A stretch of DNA of 64,000 nt from an uncultured Acidobacteriota bacterium (GTDB lineage: Bacteria; Acidobacteriota; Thermoanaerobaculia; Multivoradales; JAHEKO01): positions 544,001 to 608,000 of the forward strand of contig CAVQNG010000025.1 of the NCBI GenBank assembly GCA_963713825.1, in the 5' to 3' direction. How positions within the stretch are numbered: position 1 is the first letter of the stretch; each line of letters starts with the position of its first letter. The notes beneath the pieces are model-generated. The model did not search any database. It saw nothing but the letters and a program-made list of their open reading frames with translations, and was not told the origin of the DNA. This document shows positions 18,660 through 28,402 of this stretch, piece after piece. A program made the translations under genes and the position numbers.

Positions 18660-19376
18660 ATGTCGGACAAACCGATATTCAAACGGGTCCTTCTGAAGCT
18701 CTCGGGTGAAGCCCTCATGGGCAGCCAGAGCTTCGGGATCGACGAGGCTATCGTCGCCCGAGTGGCGGATGAGATTCGAGATATCTGCGAGTTGGGCGTC
18801 GAGCTGGCAGTGGTCGTTGGCGGCGGCAACATCATTCGTGGTGTGACTGCCAGCGGTCGCGGTCTGGATCGAGTAACCGGTGACAACATGGGGATGCTCG
18901 CGACCGTCATCAATGCCCTGGCACTGCAGGACGCATTGGAGAAGCGCGACGTCACAACCCGTGTGCAAACGGCCATCGAGATCCGGGATGTGGCGGAGCC
19001 GTTCATTCGGCGTCGCGCCATTCGCCATCTGGAGAAGGGGAGGGTCGTCATCTTCGCAGGTGGCACTGGCAACCCCTACTTCACCACCGATAGTGCCGCC
19101 GGGCTGCGCGCCAACGAGATCCACGCGGAGGTCCTTCTGAAGGGCACCAACGTGGATGGTGTCTACACCGCGGATCCTGCCAAGGACAGCACCGCCGAGC
19201 TGCTGCGTGAAATCAGCTATCAGCAGGTATTGGAGAAGAACCTCCGGGTCATGGACACGGCTGCCATCAGCCTGTGTCGTGACAACGACATTCCGATCAT
19301 TGTTTTCCGATTGATGGAACCGGGAAACCTGAGACGAGTGGTGTGCGGGGAAGCAGTGGGGTCGGTTGTCCGATAG
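18660..19376 (+). CDS. pyrH: Uridylate kinase
   Basis: [32 protein letters not shown]. Confidence 0.98.
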   Translation: MSDKPIFKRVLLKLSGEALMGSQSFGIDEAIVARVADEIRDICELGVELAVVVGGGNIIRGVTASGRGLDRVTGDNMGMLATVINALALQDALEKRDVTTRVQTAIEIRDVAEPFIRRRAIRHLEKGRVVIFAGGTGNPYFTTDSAAGLRANEIHAEVLLKGTNVDGVYTADPAKDSTAELLREISYQQVLEKNLRVMDTAAISLCRDNDIPIIVFRLMEPGNLRRVVCGEAVGSVVR

Positions 19377-19474
19377 AAGTTGGGTTTTGGGTGCAAGGCC
19401 GGATGCTGGCACAATAGGAAGAGTCGAACGTAGCGATTCGCAAAGAGGCTCGGACTGGCAATCGAGGAGGCAAT

Positions 19475-20029
19475 ATGAAAGAGCTGTTTCTTGAGATCGA
19501 GGTCAAGATGAAGGAAGCCTTGGACCACTTTCATGAGGAATTGAAGCACCTCCGAACCGGACGCGCCTCGTTGGCCATGCTCGACGGAGTATCGGTGGAC
19601 TACTACGGCACGCCGACTCCCATGAATCAGGTGGCCAAGCTCTCAGTACCAGAGGCCACGCTGATCCTGGCGCAGCCTTACGACTCTTCGCTCATTCCCC
19701 TCATCGAGAAGGCCGTCATGCAGGCCAACCTCGGATTGAATCCTTCCAGCGACGGCAAGGTCGTGAGGATTCCCGTCCCGCCGCTCACCGAAGAACGCCG
19801 CAAAGAGATCGTCAAGCGAGCCCACGACCTGGCCGAGACCGCCCGTAACGCGGTGCGGCACGCCCGTCGGGAGGGCAACGACAGGCTCAAGGTCATGGAG
19901 AAGGACAAAGAGATCGGGCAGGACGATGAGCATCGCGGCATGGACGAGCATCAGAGGCTCCACGACCACTACATCGGTGAGATCAATGCGACTCTCGAGC
20001 ACAAGGAGGAGGACCTCCTTACGGTCTGA
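19475..20029 (+). CDS. frr: Ribosome recycling factor
   Basis: LRTGRA, YYGT, LGLNP, PPLTEERR. Confidence 0.98.
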   Translation: MKELFLEIEVKMKEALDHFHEELKHLRTGRASLAMLDGVSVDYYGTPTPMNQVAKLSVPEATLILAQPYDSSLIPLIEKAVMQANLGLNPSSDGKVVRIPVPPLTEERRKEIVKRAHDLAETARNAVRHARREGNDRLKVMEKDKEIGQDDEHRGMDEHQRLHDHYIGEINATLEHKEEDLLTV

Positions 20030-20785
20030 ATGGCCGCTGAGGCGACCCGCAGATTTCTCTTGCCCCTCAGCGACCTAGCGGCCTCCACGAGTGTCTTGAT
20101 CCCCGCTGCCGGCCGGGGTGAGCGTTTCGGTGGTTCATTGCCGAAACAAATCACGCCAGTCTGTGGTCAACCTCTTCTTCGCTGGACCGTGCGCCGGTTC
20201 CTGGACGCCGGCCTGACCTCCATCACGGTGGCTGTGCCGCAGGAACTGCTTAGCGAAGCCCCTGTCAGGGTGCTGGACGATTCCAGGGTCAGATGGGTCG
20301 CGGGCGGAGGCTCGCGCCAGGAGTCCGTGCGGGCCTGTCTCGACTCGACTCCGGGAGGCGACGATGATCTCGTGATCGTTCACGACGGAGCGCGTCCCGT
20401 CTTGAAATCAGAGGATCTTCGAAGGGTAGTAGAGGCCGCAGCGAGCGCCGACGGCGCTGTGCTGGGCCGCATGGTCAGCGATACCCTCAAGGAAGTCGAG
20501 GACGGTTGGGTCGTTCGGACCATTCAACGGACTCGGCTGTTTCGTGCCGAGACACCGCAAGTGTTTCGGCGCTCTCTCCTCGAGCAGGCCCTCGACCGGA
20601 GTCGCCAGGACGGGTTCGTGGGTACCGACGAGGCATCAATCGTCGAGAGGCTACAGGGAGTGAGAATTCGGGCGTTGGAAGCGATCGGCCCCAACCCGAA
20701 GCTCACTGTGGCAGCGGATCTGCCTATGATCGAGACTCTCTTGTCCCGCTCCTCGGTTGCGGCGAGTCTGGATCCGGAAGGGTAG
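20030..20785 (+). CDS. ispD: 2-C-methyl-D-erythritol 4-phosphate cytidylyltransferase (start codon uncertain)
   Basis: AAGRGERFG..PKQ, GG.SRQESV, VHDGARP, DTLK, TPQVF, TDEA, N.KLT. Confidence 0.93.
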   Translation: MAAEATRRFLLPLSDLAASTSVLIPAAGRGERFGGSLPKQITPVCGQPLLRWTVRRFLDAGLTSITVAVPQELLSEAPVRVLDDSRVRWVAGGGSRQESVRACLDSTPGGDDDLVIVHDGARPVLKSEDLRRVVEAAASADGAVLGRMVSDTLKEVEDGWVVRTIQRTRLFRAETPQVFRRSLLEQALDRSRQDGFVGTDEASIVERLQGVRIRALEAIGPNPKLTVAADLPMIETLLSRSSVAASLDPEG

Positions 20786-20801
20786 TCATGGGGAGTCTCG
20801 G

Positions 20802-21281
20802 ATGAGTTTTCGAATTGGCCAGGGCTACGACGTTCATCGACTGATCGAGGGCCGGCCCCTGGTCTTGGGCGGCGAGGTGATCCCGTTCGATCGGGGTCTC
20901 GATGGCTTCAGTGACGCCGACGTGCTGCTCCACGCTCTCGGAGACGCTCTGCTGGGTGCTGCCGGCCTGGGGGATCTCGGCAGACACTTTCCACCCGGCG
21001 ATGCCAAGTGGAAGGACGCAGACAGCTGCGACCTTCTCCGCGAGATCCTGTTTCAGGTGGGGGACGCAGGCTATCGCGTCGTGAACTGCGATCTGACACT
21101 GATCGCCGAAGCTCCCAAGCTGGCGCCGTATTCGAGCTCGATTCGACGTCGATTGGCGGACCTGATGGAGATGGAAGTCGACGCCGTCGGACTCAAGGCG
21201 ACGACCAATGAGAAGTTGGGCTGGATTGGCCGCGGCGAAGGGATGGCGGCCATGGCTGTCGTCCTGCTGCAGGGAAAGTAG
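20802..21281 (+). CDS. ispF: 2-C-methyl-D-erythritol 2,4-cyclodiphosphate synthase
   Basis: RIGQGYDVH, SDADVLLHA, DALLGA..GDLG.HFP, KATTNE; ATG at 20802. Confidence 0.95.
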   Translation: MSFRIGQGYDVHRLIEGRPLVLGGEVIPFDRGLDGFSDADVLLHALGDALLGAAGLGDLGRHFPPGDAKWKDADSCDLLREILFQVGDAGYRVVNCDLTLIAEAPKLAPYSSSIRRRLADLMEMEVDAVGLKATTNEKLGWIGRGEGMAAMAVVLLQGK

Positions 21282-21284
21282 CAG

Positions 21285-22022
21285 ATGAGCGAGTCGCCGA
21301 ATCTGGTCTTCGGGTTTCACCCTGTCAGGGAGGCCTTGCGCCACAACCCCCATCGGGTCCGCAAGGTCCTGGTGAGCAAAGGGCCTGCGAACCGCCGCCG
21401 TCGGGATATCGAAGATCTCTGCACGAAGTACTCGGTGAAGGTAGAGCAGGTGGCCGAGGGAGATCTGTCCCGAAGGGTGCCAGGAGTTCACAACGGCTTC
21501 GCTGCCGAGCTCGCGGCGGCCACCGCCACCGACCTGGAATCGACTCGCGACAGCGACCTCGTAGTGCTGCTCGAGGATGTCCAGGATCCGCGCAATCTGG
21601 GCGCCATCCTGCGGGTGTGCGAGGGGGCAGGGGTCGGCAGGGTCCAGGTCCGGGATCGGGGCTCAGCGCCCTTGTCGCCGACCGTCGTCAAGGCTTCGGC
21701 CGGAGCCAGCGAGTGGCTCGATGTGGAGCGCATAACCAACACGGCGGCCGAGATCAGCCGCTTCAAAGAAGCGGGATACTGGGTCTACGGAGCCGCTGCC
21801 GAAGGACGCCCAGCGTGGGAGATCGATCTTAAGGGTAAGGTCGTGCTCTGCTTCGGAGGCGAAGCGAATGGCCTGCGATCCCGAACGCGTGAGCTCTGTG
21901 ACGAGTTGGTGGCCCTGCCGATGCGCGGTCGGGTCGAATCCTTGAACGTCTCCGCAGCTGCCGCAGCCATCCTCTTTGAGGCGGTGAGGCAGCGCACCAC
22001 CGCGAAGAACGACGGGTCCTGA
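21285..22022 (+). CDS. rlmB: 23S rRNA Gm2251 methyltransferase RlmB (SpoU family)
   Basis: GFHPVREAL, DPRNLGAILR, KASAGA, GGE..GL, SLNVS. Confidence 0.92.
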   Translation: MSESPNLVFGFHPVREALRHNPHRVRKVLVSKGPANRRRRDIEDLCTKYSVKVEQVAEGDLSRRVPGVHNGFAAELAAATATDLESTRDSDLVVLLEDVQDPRNLGAILRVCEGAGVGRVQVRDRGSAPLSPTVVKASAGASEWLDVERITNTAAEISRFKEAGYWVYGAAAEGRPAWEIDLKGKVVLCFGGEANGLRSRTRELCDELVALPMRGRVESLNVSAAAAAILFEAVRQRTTAKNDGS

Positions 22023-22141
22023 CGAGCTTCGAGATCCCAAGGATGCTCGTCGATCCTGAGTTCTTGCTCGGGCGTCGGGCTGCGGCTACACTTCTGCGTT
22101 CCGACCAGGGCTGCGAGTATTCGGTGGACCGGGGTCGATAT

Positions 22142-22216
22142 GCCGGCATAGCTCAGGGGTAGAGCAGCTGTCTTGTAAACAGCAGGTCCTCGGTTCGAAT
22201 CCGGGTGCCGGCTCCA
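22142..22216 (+). tRNA. tRNA-Thr(TGT)
   Basis: Cloverleaf GCCGGCA/TGCCGGC, anticodon arm GCTGT-CTTGTAA-ACAGC, TTCGAAT, encoded CCA. Confidence 0.97.
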
Positions 22217-22268
22217 AGTACCCTTCGCCGCCAGAGTCTTCTGAACGGTATTTCATGAGTCAGTTTGA

Positions 22269-24533
22269 ATGACCGATTCTACAAGTGACGAGTCCCTTCT
22301 TCAGAAGCTTCTGGAGCTGCGAGCGCACAGCGGATATCTGGCTCGATTGAGCGAGACGGAGGTGCGGGAGTTCGTCGGCGACCTCGAAGAGGTGGCCTGC
22401 GCGAAGGGCGACAGACTCATCGAGCTCGGCGAGACTGTCGACCGCGTTTTCATCGTTGTCCGTGGCAGCCTCGTAGCCAGCACGGTCGGCGAGGACGGTC
22501 GCGAGCTAATCGTCCGTGAAATGGCGCCAGGAGATCTCCTCGGGGTCGGCGCCCTGCTGGCCGGCGGAACCCATTCCGCGGTGGTGCGGGCAACCGCGGA
22601 CTGCAGTCTCGCGGCACTCTCCCGTCAGGGTTTCGACAAGCTTCTCGAGCGCGACTCGGAGACCTGGCTGAAGATCTCGGAGATGGTCATCGAGTGGATG
22701 CAGGAGTCGCAGCTCGCCACCTACCTGAACGAGCTCTTCGGGCCCTTCAAGGTCGACGAGCTCGATGTCCTTCGCGACCTGGAGTCTGAGGTCGAGCTCA
22801 TCACCCTGGCGGGCGGCGAGACCCTCTTTCAGCAGAGCGATCCCGGGGACTCGGCGTACATCGTGATGAGTGGGCGCGTTCGTGTGGTGATCGATCTGGC
22901 GGCCGGTGGGGAGCGCACTTTGAACGAGCTGGGCAGGGGTGAGGTGCTCGGTGAGATGGCCCTGCTGACAGGTGACAGCCGCTCGGCCACAGTCTACGCG
23001 GTGCGCGATACAGACCTGGCCCGCATATCGCGGCGGGGCTTCCACCGCCTGATCGAGAAGCGACCGGAGTCGCTGCGCAATCTGTCGCACATCATCGCCG
23101 ACCGCCTGCAACGCCACAGCCATATTCATGTACCAGGTCACAAGCGAGGATCATGCACTGGAATCGTTGCCCTGGATCCCGCTCTCGATCTCGTGCCGGT
23201 ACTCGGCCCGTTGGTCGAACACCTGCGGGTTTACGGCTCGGTCGCGGTTCTGACCAGTGACGAAGTCGATCGGGCACTCGGCGTCAGTCGGATAGCCCAA
23301 TCCTCAGACAGCGACCCGACCTACCTGCGCCTCTCTCGTTGGTTGCACGAGCGTGAGGAGAACTACCGGTTCGTTCTATACGTGGCCGATTCCACTTGGA
23401 CGGCCTGGACCGAGCGATGCGCCCGGCAATCGGATCGCTGCCTCTACTTCGCCGACGATTCGGGCGACCCGCGGACTGGAGAGATGGAGAAGCGGCTCGA
23501 GGCTCGGTGGCAGGGTGTCAGAGCCCCACAGCGTAGCCTTGTCCTGTTGCACCCACCCGATCTGGACAGACCTCGGAACACCGCCAGGTGGTTGGATTCC
23601 CGCCACGTCGAGTCCTGTTATCACTTGCGTCGGGATCACGCCGGTGACCTGGCTCGCCTGGCCCGCATCATCGGCGATCGGGCCGTCGGTCTGGTGCTCG
23701 GTGGCGGGGGAGCGCGGGGATTCGCACATCTCGGAGTCATTCGAGCGATGGAGGAGCTGGGTATCCCGATCGACATGATTGGCGGTAGCAGCATCGGTGC
23801 CCCGGTGGCCGGACCTACGGCTCAGGGACAGTCTGCCGAACAGGGGCTGGAGACGATCTCTCACCATTTTCGATCACTTCTCGATTACACCCTGCCGTTC
23901 GCTTCGCTACTGGCCGGTCGACGGATCACTGCGTCGATCGAGAAGGGCGGCGGGTCGTGGGATATCGAGGATCTGTGGATCCCCTACTACTGCGTTTCGA
24001 CCAATCTCACGACGGGCCGAACGGTGGTTCACCGGCGGGGCTCCGCGGTGCGCGCGGTTCGAGCCAGTGTCGCGATACCAGGAGTTCTGCCGCCGGTGCC
24101 GGAGGGCGACGATCTGCTGGTGGATGGTGGTGTGCTGAACAACCTGCCGATCGACGCCATGCGCGAGATCAATCCGAGCGGCCCGGTCATTGCGGTCGAC
24201 GTTCTTCCGCCCCGCGGGCCTCGAGCCAAGGGCGACTACGGGCTGAGTGTTTCGGGTTGGCGTCTCGCCCTGGGTAAGGTCCTGCCGGGACTCAAGTCTC
24301 TGCCCGTTCCGACTCTTGGGAACACCATCATGCGCTCGATGTTCGTCGGGTCGGAAGGCGCCCGCGCTGAGATGCTGCGCGAGGGCCTGGCCGACCTTTA
24401 TCTCAGCATCAATGCCTCCGGTATCGGTCTGCTCGAGTTCGATGCTGTCGAGAAGGTGGCGAAGATCGGCTATGAAGCGTCCCAGCGGCCGCTTCGGCAG
24501 TGGCTCGAGTCGGGGGGCCTCGCAGATCGCTAA
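22269..24533 (+). CDS. Tandem cyclic-nucleotide-binding domain patatin-like phospholipase (NTE family)
   Basis: Two cNMP domains (G..LG..ALL..HSA.V.A; GEVLGEMALL..RSATVYA); patatin GGGARG, GSSIG, DGG. Confidence 0.9.
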   Translation: MTDSTSDESLLQKLLELRAHSGYLARLSETEVREFVGDLEEVACAKGDRLIELGETVDRVFIVVRGSLVASTVGEDGRELIVREMAPGDLLGVGALLAGGTHSAVVRATADCSLAALSRQGFDKLLERDSETWLKISEMVIEWMQESQLATYLNELFGPFKVDELDVLRDLESEVELITLAGGETLFQQSDPGDSAYIVMSGRVRVVIDLAAGGERTLNELGRGEVLGEMALLTGDSRSATVYAVRDTDLARISRRGFHRLIEKRPESLRNLSHIIADRLQRHSHIHVPGHKRGSCTGIVALDPALDLVPVLGPLVEHLRVYGSVAVLTSDEVDRALGVSRIAQSSDSDPTYLRLSRWLHEREENYRFVLYVADSTWTAWTERCARQSDRCLYFADDSGDPRTGEMEKRLEARWQGVRAPQRSLVLLHPPDLDRPRNTARWLDSRHVESCYHLRRDHAGDLARLARIIGDRAVGLVLGGGGARGFAHLGVIRAMEELGIPIDMIGGSSIGAPVAGPTAQGQSAEQGLETISHHFRSLLDYTLPFASLLAGRRITASIEKGGGSWDIEDLWIPYYCVSTNLTTGRTVVHRRGSAVRAVRASVAIPGVLPPVPEGDDLLVDGGVLNNLPIDAMREINPSGPVIAVDVLPPRGPRAKGDYGLSVSGWRLALGKVLPGLKSLPVPTLGNTIMRSMFVGSEGARAEMLREGLADLYLSINASGIGLLEFDAVEKVAKIGYEASQRPLRQWLESGGLADR

Positions 24534-24758
24534 TTCGAGGACCTGGCTTTGTCGCCCGGAGCTCGGCACTTGCAGGGGACGTCGCCATCTGGCCGCAGCG
24601 AAGGTTGCGCAATTCGGATTGTCGGGTCCCTCGACCCCATTGTAAGATCTTAGGATAGGCCGCATAGATCGAGAGACTGCGCCTCGGCCATGATTTACGG
24701 GGCCGGCTGATGCAGTCTGGAATCGGCGCGGCGCGGCTAAAGTTACAGGAGATCTGTT

Positions 24759-25055
24759 ATGCCTATATTCCTGATCATCGCTATTGTTCTCGCAGCTGTC
24801 ACTGCTCTTTTCGCAATCCAGAATTCGACCGTCATCACGGTCTCTTTTTTGGGTTGGGAGTGGGATGCCTCACTAGCATTGATCCTGATTCTGACACTCG
24901 GTATTGGGATCTTGATCGGCTACCTGGCCGGTCTCCCGTCATCGTTGAAGAAGGGGAGTCAGTTGCGTCAGGTCAAGCGCGATCTGGGGGCACTGGAGGA
25001 GACCAACGTCAGCCTGTCGCCTCCACCAGAGGAGGATCGCGCAGGCGAAATCTGA
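24759..25055 (+). CDS. LapA-domain (DUF1049) small membrane protein
   Basis: TM-FAIQN..V.F..W-TM followed by a short coiled coil; AGGAG RBS. Confidence 0.8.
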   Translation: MPIFLIIAIVLAAVTALFAIQNSTVITVSFLGWEWDASLALILILTLGIGILIGYLAGLPSSLKKGSQLRQVKRDLGALEETNVSLSPPPEEDRAGEI

Positions 25056-25108
25056 GCAGGATTCGAGGTAAGATGAGCGACTGACCTAAACAGAAGGAGA
25101 GTTGAGCC

Positions 25109-25360
25109 ATGTGGGATCTGATTATCAGTTTGATCGTAGGCGGAGTCATCGGCTGGGCTGCCAGCTTGATTATGAAAACCAATGTGCAGATGGGAATCAT
25201 CGCCAATGTCATCGTCGGAATTGTCGGTTCGGCGTTGGGTTTCTGGCTGGCTGGAGTGCTGGGGATGGCCGCAGGCGGTGGCTTCATGCGTTGGTTGTTT
25301 GCGATCGGCGGGGCCGTGATTCTGATCGCCATCCTGAAGGCGCTGAACATCTTCAAGTAG
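25109..25360 (+). CDS. GlsB/YeaQ/YmgE family stress-response membrane protein
   Basis: G.VIGWAAS.IM..NVIVGIVGS..G, AIGGAVILI. Confidence 0.88.
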   Translation: MWDLIISLIVGGVIGWAASLIMKTNVQMGIIANVIVGIVGSALGFWLAGVLGMAAGGGFMRWLFAIGGAVILIAILKALNIFK

Positions 25361-25617
25361 GACCAGAATCATCAACTCTCCAGCACCTGTCGCACTCGGG
25401 TGAAAGAGGTTTCGTGATTAGGGCTGGATTCCGCAGGGATTTCCATGTCGGGAGTCTCTCGATTACGCCGGCCGTCTTTTGCGACTTCACTGAAGAGCAG
25501 GACCTTTTCATCTTTGACCCCGGTATCGGAAGGTGTTTCTGAGCCGCTGGTCAATTCGAGCAGAGTCGGTAGCCAGGAGGCGGCCAGCGACTCGTCATAA
25601 TCTGAAAGGAGTAACCA

Positions 25618-25821
25618 ATGTCTGTAGCCAAAGTTACTGAGATTTCCTCATCTTCCAAGGAGAGCTTCGACGATGCGATCAAGAAGGGCATCAAGCGGGC
25701 CGACGAGACCCTGGACAAGATCCAGGGAGCGTGGGTCAATGAGATGAAGGTGAAGGTCGATGACGGCGAGATCGTCGAGTACCGTGTCAACCTGAAGGTC
25801 ACGTTCGTGCTCAAGGACTGA
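25618..25821 (+). CDS. Dodecin family protein
   Basis: SVAKVTEI.S.S..SFDDAI..GI.RA..TL..AWV..EYRVNLKVTF; 67 aa. Confidence 0.9.
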   Translation: MSVAKVTEISSSSKESFDDAIKKGIKRADETLDKIQGAWVNEMKVKVDDGEIVEYRVNLKVTFVLKD

Positions 25822-25825
25822 AGCC

Positions 25826-26431
25826 ATGGCCTCAGCACTCGATGAACTGATGAGTTCCCTGCAGGACTCGGGCGGTATCGGCCAGATGAGCCGGTCGACC
25901 GGTCTCGGGGAAAACGATGTCACTAAGTTGCTGAGCGGTGCTTTGCCGGCCCTGCTCGCTGGCCTATCCCGCAACGCTGCCTCGACCGACGGCGCGGTGG
26001 GCCTACTGGCCGCGCTCGACCGCGACCACGACGGCAGCATCATGGACGATGTGGCGGGCTACCTGGCGGGAGCCGGAGCTGCCGCTGCGGGTTCCGGGAT
26101 CCTTCGCCATGCCTTCGGCGAGCGTCAGGATCAGGTCGAGACCGCGCTCAGTCGGTCGTCGGGATTGGACCGCGGATCCGTCGGCCAGATGCTGGCGATG
26201 GCGGCACCGCTAGTGCTGGGATACCTTGGACGGCAGCAACGCGCTCAAGGCCTGGATGCGTCCGGATTGGCCTCCATGCTCGAGCGTGAGCAGGGTCTGA
26301 TCCAGTCGCGAGCGCCCGAGGCAGCCGGCATGCTGAATCGACTGTTGGATGCCGACCAGGATGGCAGCATCATGGACGAAGTCACCGAAATGGGTTCCAG
26401 CTTGCTCGGAGCCTTTCTCAAGCAGAGCTGA
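25826..26431 (+). CDS. DUF937 family protein with two DxDxDG motifs
   Basis: ALPALLAGL.RNA, HDGSIMDD, G.GIL.H.FG, APLVLGYLG, LDADQDGSIMDE. Confidence 0.78.
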   Translation: MASALDELMSSLQDSGGIGQMSRSTGLGENDVTKLLSGALPALLAGLSRNAASTDGAVGLLAALDRDHDGSIMDDVAGYLAGAGAAAAGSGILRHAFGERQDQVETALSRSSGLDRGSVGQMLAMAAPLVLGYLGRQQRAQGLDASGLASMLEREQGLIQSRAPEAAGMLNRLLDADQDGSIMDEVTEMGSSLLGAFLKQS

Positions 26432-26451
26432 CAAAGAGAGGAGATGGAGAG

Positions 26452-26772
26452 ATGACTGACGAAACGAAGAACACTTGGGACAAAGCCAAGGAGATGGCAG
26501 AGGGCGCGTACGAGAAGACCAAGGAGATGGGCGAGGAGGCCTTGGACAAGGCGGAGGAGCTGGCCGGAGAAGCCGGGAAGATGGCCAGCGATGCGGGCAA
26601 GGCGATCGCCGATACGGCCGAGGATGCCTGGGACGCCACCGCCGGTGCCGCCGACTCGGTTGCCGACAAGGCCAAAGAAGCCCTGGGAATGGCGGAGAAT
26701 GCCGCTGAAGATGTGGCTGACGACGTAGCCGATGCCGCCAAGGACGTAGCTGACGACATCAAGAAGATCTGA
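26452..26772 (+). CDS. Acidic Ala/Asp/Glu/Lys-rich LEA-like repeat protein
   Basis: 11-residue periodic repeats, strong RBS, no hydrophobic core. Confidence 0.75.
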   Translation: MTDETKNTWDKAKEMAEGAYEKTKEMGEEALDKAEELAGEAGKMASDAGKAIADTAEDAWDATAGAADSVADKAKEALGMAENAAEDVADDVADAAKDVADDIKKI

Positions 26773-26785
26773 GGCCAGCTGACCA

Positions 26786-27655
26786 ATGCGTTGGACATCA
26801 TCGGGCAGAAGTCGAAACATAGAAGATCGCCGGGCCCAGAAGCCCGCCTACCGCCGGCCGGCACCGCTGGGTTGTGGAGGCATGATCTTCATCCTGGTGA
26901 TCAGCTATCTGATGGGCTGGAATCCGCTGCCACTGCTAATGATGAGCGGTGGTGGCGGTGGACAGCCGCAGCCGTCCTCGCAGGTCCAGGATGGTTCTTA
27001 CCAGGCAAACCCACAGGAAGAGGAGCTCGTCGATTTTGTTTCGTTCGTGCTCGACGACGTGCAAGCGGTTTGGGCCAAGAACTTGCCCCGTTATGGCGTT
27101 CAGTACCGTGATGCCAAGCTGGTGCTATTTCGAGACGTAGTACGGTCTGCCTGCGGCTTGGCTTCGGCAGCTACGGGACCGTTCTATTGTCCGGCCGATG
27201 AGAAGGTCTACATCGATTTGGGTTTCTATGACGAGCTGCGCCGGCGTTTCGGTGCCTCGGGCGATTTCGCTCAGGCCTACGTGCTGGCCCACGAGATCGG
27301 GCATCACGTGCAGAAGATCACTGGCGTCGAGCAGGAGGTTCGTCGAAGGCAGCGAGATCGACCTCGGATGGCGAACGACTTTTCAGTCCTGATGGAGCTG
27401 CAGGCAGACTGCCTGGCCGGCCTGTGGGGATACTCGACGGCGCGCCGCGATATTCTCGAAGCTGGGGATGTCGAGGAAGGTCTGAATGCTGCGGCAGCGA
27501 TCGGAGATGATCGCATCCAGAGAATGTCCGGGCAGTACGTGAACCCGGATGCGTTCACACACGGTTCCTCGAGGCAGAGGACAAAGTGGTTCCGACGTGG
27601 TTTGGAAACAGGCGATCTGGATGCCTGTGACACGTTCGGTGCGCCTGGATCCTAG
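26786..27655 (+). CDS. Neutral zinc metallopeptidase, YpfJ-like
   Basis: S.NIEDRR, GPFYCP.D..YIDL, GDFAQAYVLAHEIGHHVQ, ELQADC, IGDD, FTHGSS. Confidence 0.9.
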   Translation: MRWTSSGRSRNIEDRRAQKPAYRRPAPLGCGGMIFILVISYLMGWNPLPLLMMSGGGGGQPQPSSQVQDGSYQANPQEEELVDFVSFVLDDVQAVWAKNLPRYGVQYRDAKLVLFRDVVRSACGLASAATGPFYCPADEKVYIDLGFYDELRRRFGASGDFAQAYVLAHEIGHHVQKITGVEQEVRRRQRDRPRMANDFSVLMELQADCLAGLWGYSTARRDILEAGDVEEGLNAAAAIGDDRIQRMSGQYVNPDAFTHGSSRQRTKWFRRGLETGDLDACDTFGAPGS

Positions 27656-27774
27656 AACGACAGGCGCTCGGCAGCTTTGCGAGGACCTCGGATCCTCCTG
27701 GATTGTTTTGAAGGCTTGTTGATGAGGGGCTCGCACCCTCCTGAGACGATTGCAACGACTGAAAGGAGAAGGTA

Positions 27775-28260
27775 ATGGGATTTTTCGATTTCATGAAGGG
27801 GTCTGGGAAGGACGTCAAAGCTCCGGAACCCAAGGACATGACTCAGCAATACAGCGCAGCGGAGAAGCAGGACATCAACAACCGGCGGCGGGCCATGGCC
27901 CTCGCCAACGAAGTCGAGAGTCTTGGGCTGGAAATCCAGGAGCTGGCGGTCAAGGTCGATGGTGACGTCGCCACGATCAGCGGTACGGTCGCCGGCCAGG
28001 CCACCAAGGAGAAGGTGATTCTGGCCGTCGGAAATACCGTCGGAATTGCCAGGGTCGACGATCGGATCGAGGTAAGCGCTCCTGAGCCGGAGGCGCAGTT
28101 CCATACTGTAGCCAGCGGTGAGAGCCTTTCGTTGATTGCCAAGAAGTACTACGGCGATGCGATGAAATACCCGGTCATCTTCGAGGCCAACAAGCCGATG
28201 CTGACCGATCCGGACAAAATCTATCCAGGTCAGGTTCTGCGCATCCCGCCGGTGGAGTAG
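27775..28260 (+). CDS. BON-LysM protein (Kbp/YgaU-like)
   Basis: MGFFDF.K..G start, EK.ILAVGN..GI..VDD, LysM HTV.SGESLS.IAK.YYG..IFEAN..IYPGQVLRIP. Confidence 0.9.
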   Translation: MGFFDFMKGSGKDVKAPEPKDMTQQYSAAEKQDINNRRRAMALANEVESLGLEIQELAVKVDGDVATISGTVAGQATKEKVILAVGNTVGIARVDDRIEVSAPEPEAQFHTVASGESLSLIAKKYYGDAMKYPVIFEANKPMLTDPDKIYPGQVLRIPPVE

Positions 28261-28336
28261 GACGTCAAGGCCGAAGAGCTCGGCCGAGCGCTCGACTGAC
28301 TGGGGTATAGTCGGCGGCCCTAGAGGCCGGCCGAGA

Positions 28337-28366
28337 GGGGCGCTGGTTTGGGCGTCCCGTCTTTTT
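28337..28366 (+). terminator. Possible intrinsic terminator between the BON-LysM gene and mscS
   Basis: Stem GGGGCGCT/GGCGTCCC followed by GTCTTTTT. Confidence 0.35.
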
Positions 28367-28402
28367 GCCTGTCAAATCGATGTTGACCGGAGGGTAGATG
28401 AC

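Noticed and set aside
25591-27780. Repeated CTGAAAGGAG before dodecin and the BON-LysM gene as a regulator site
   Set aside because: Overlaps the Shine-Dalgarno; a similar sequence precedes rpsB, so an RBS explains it.
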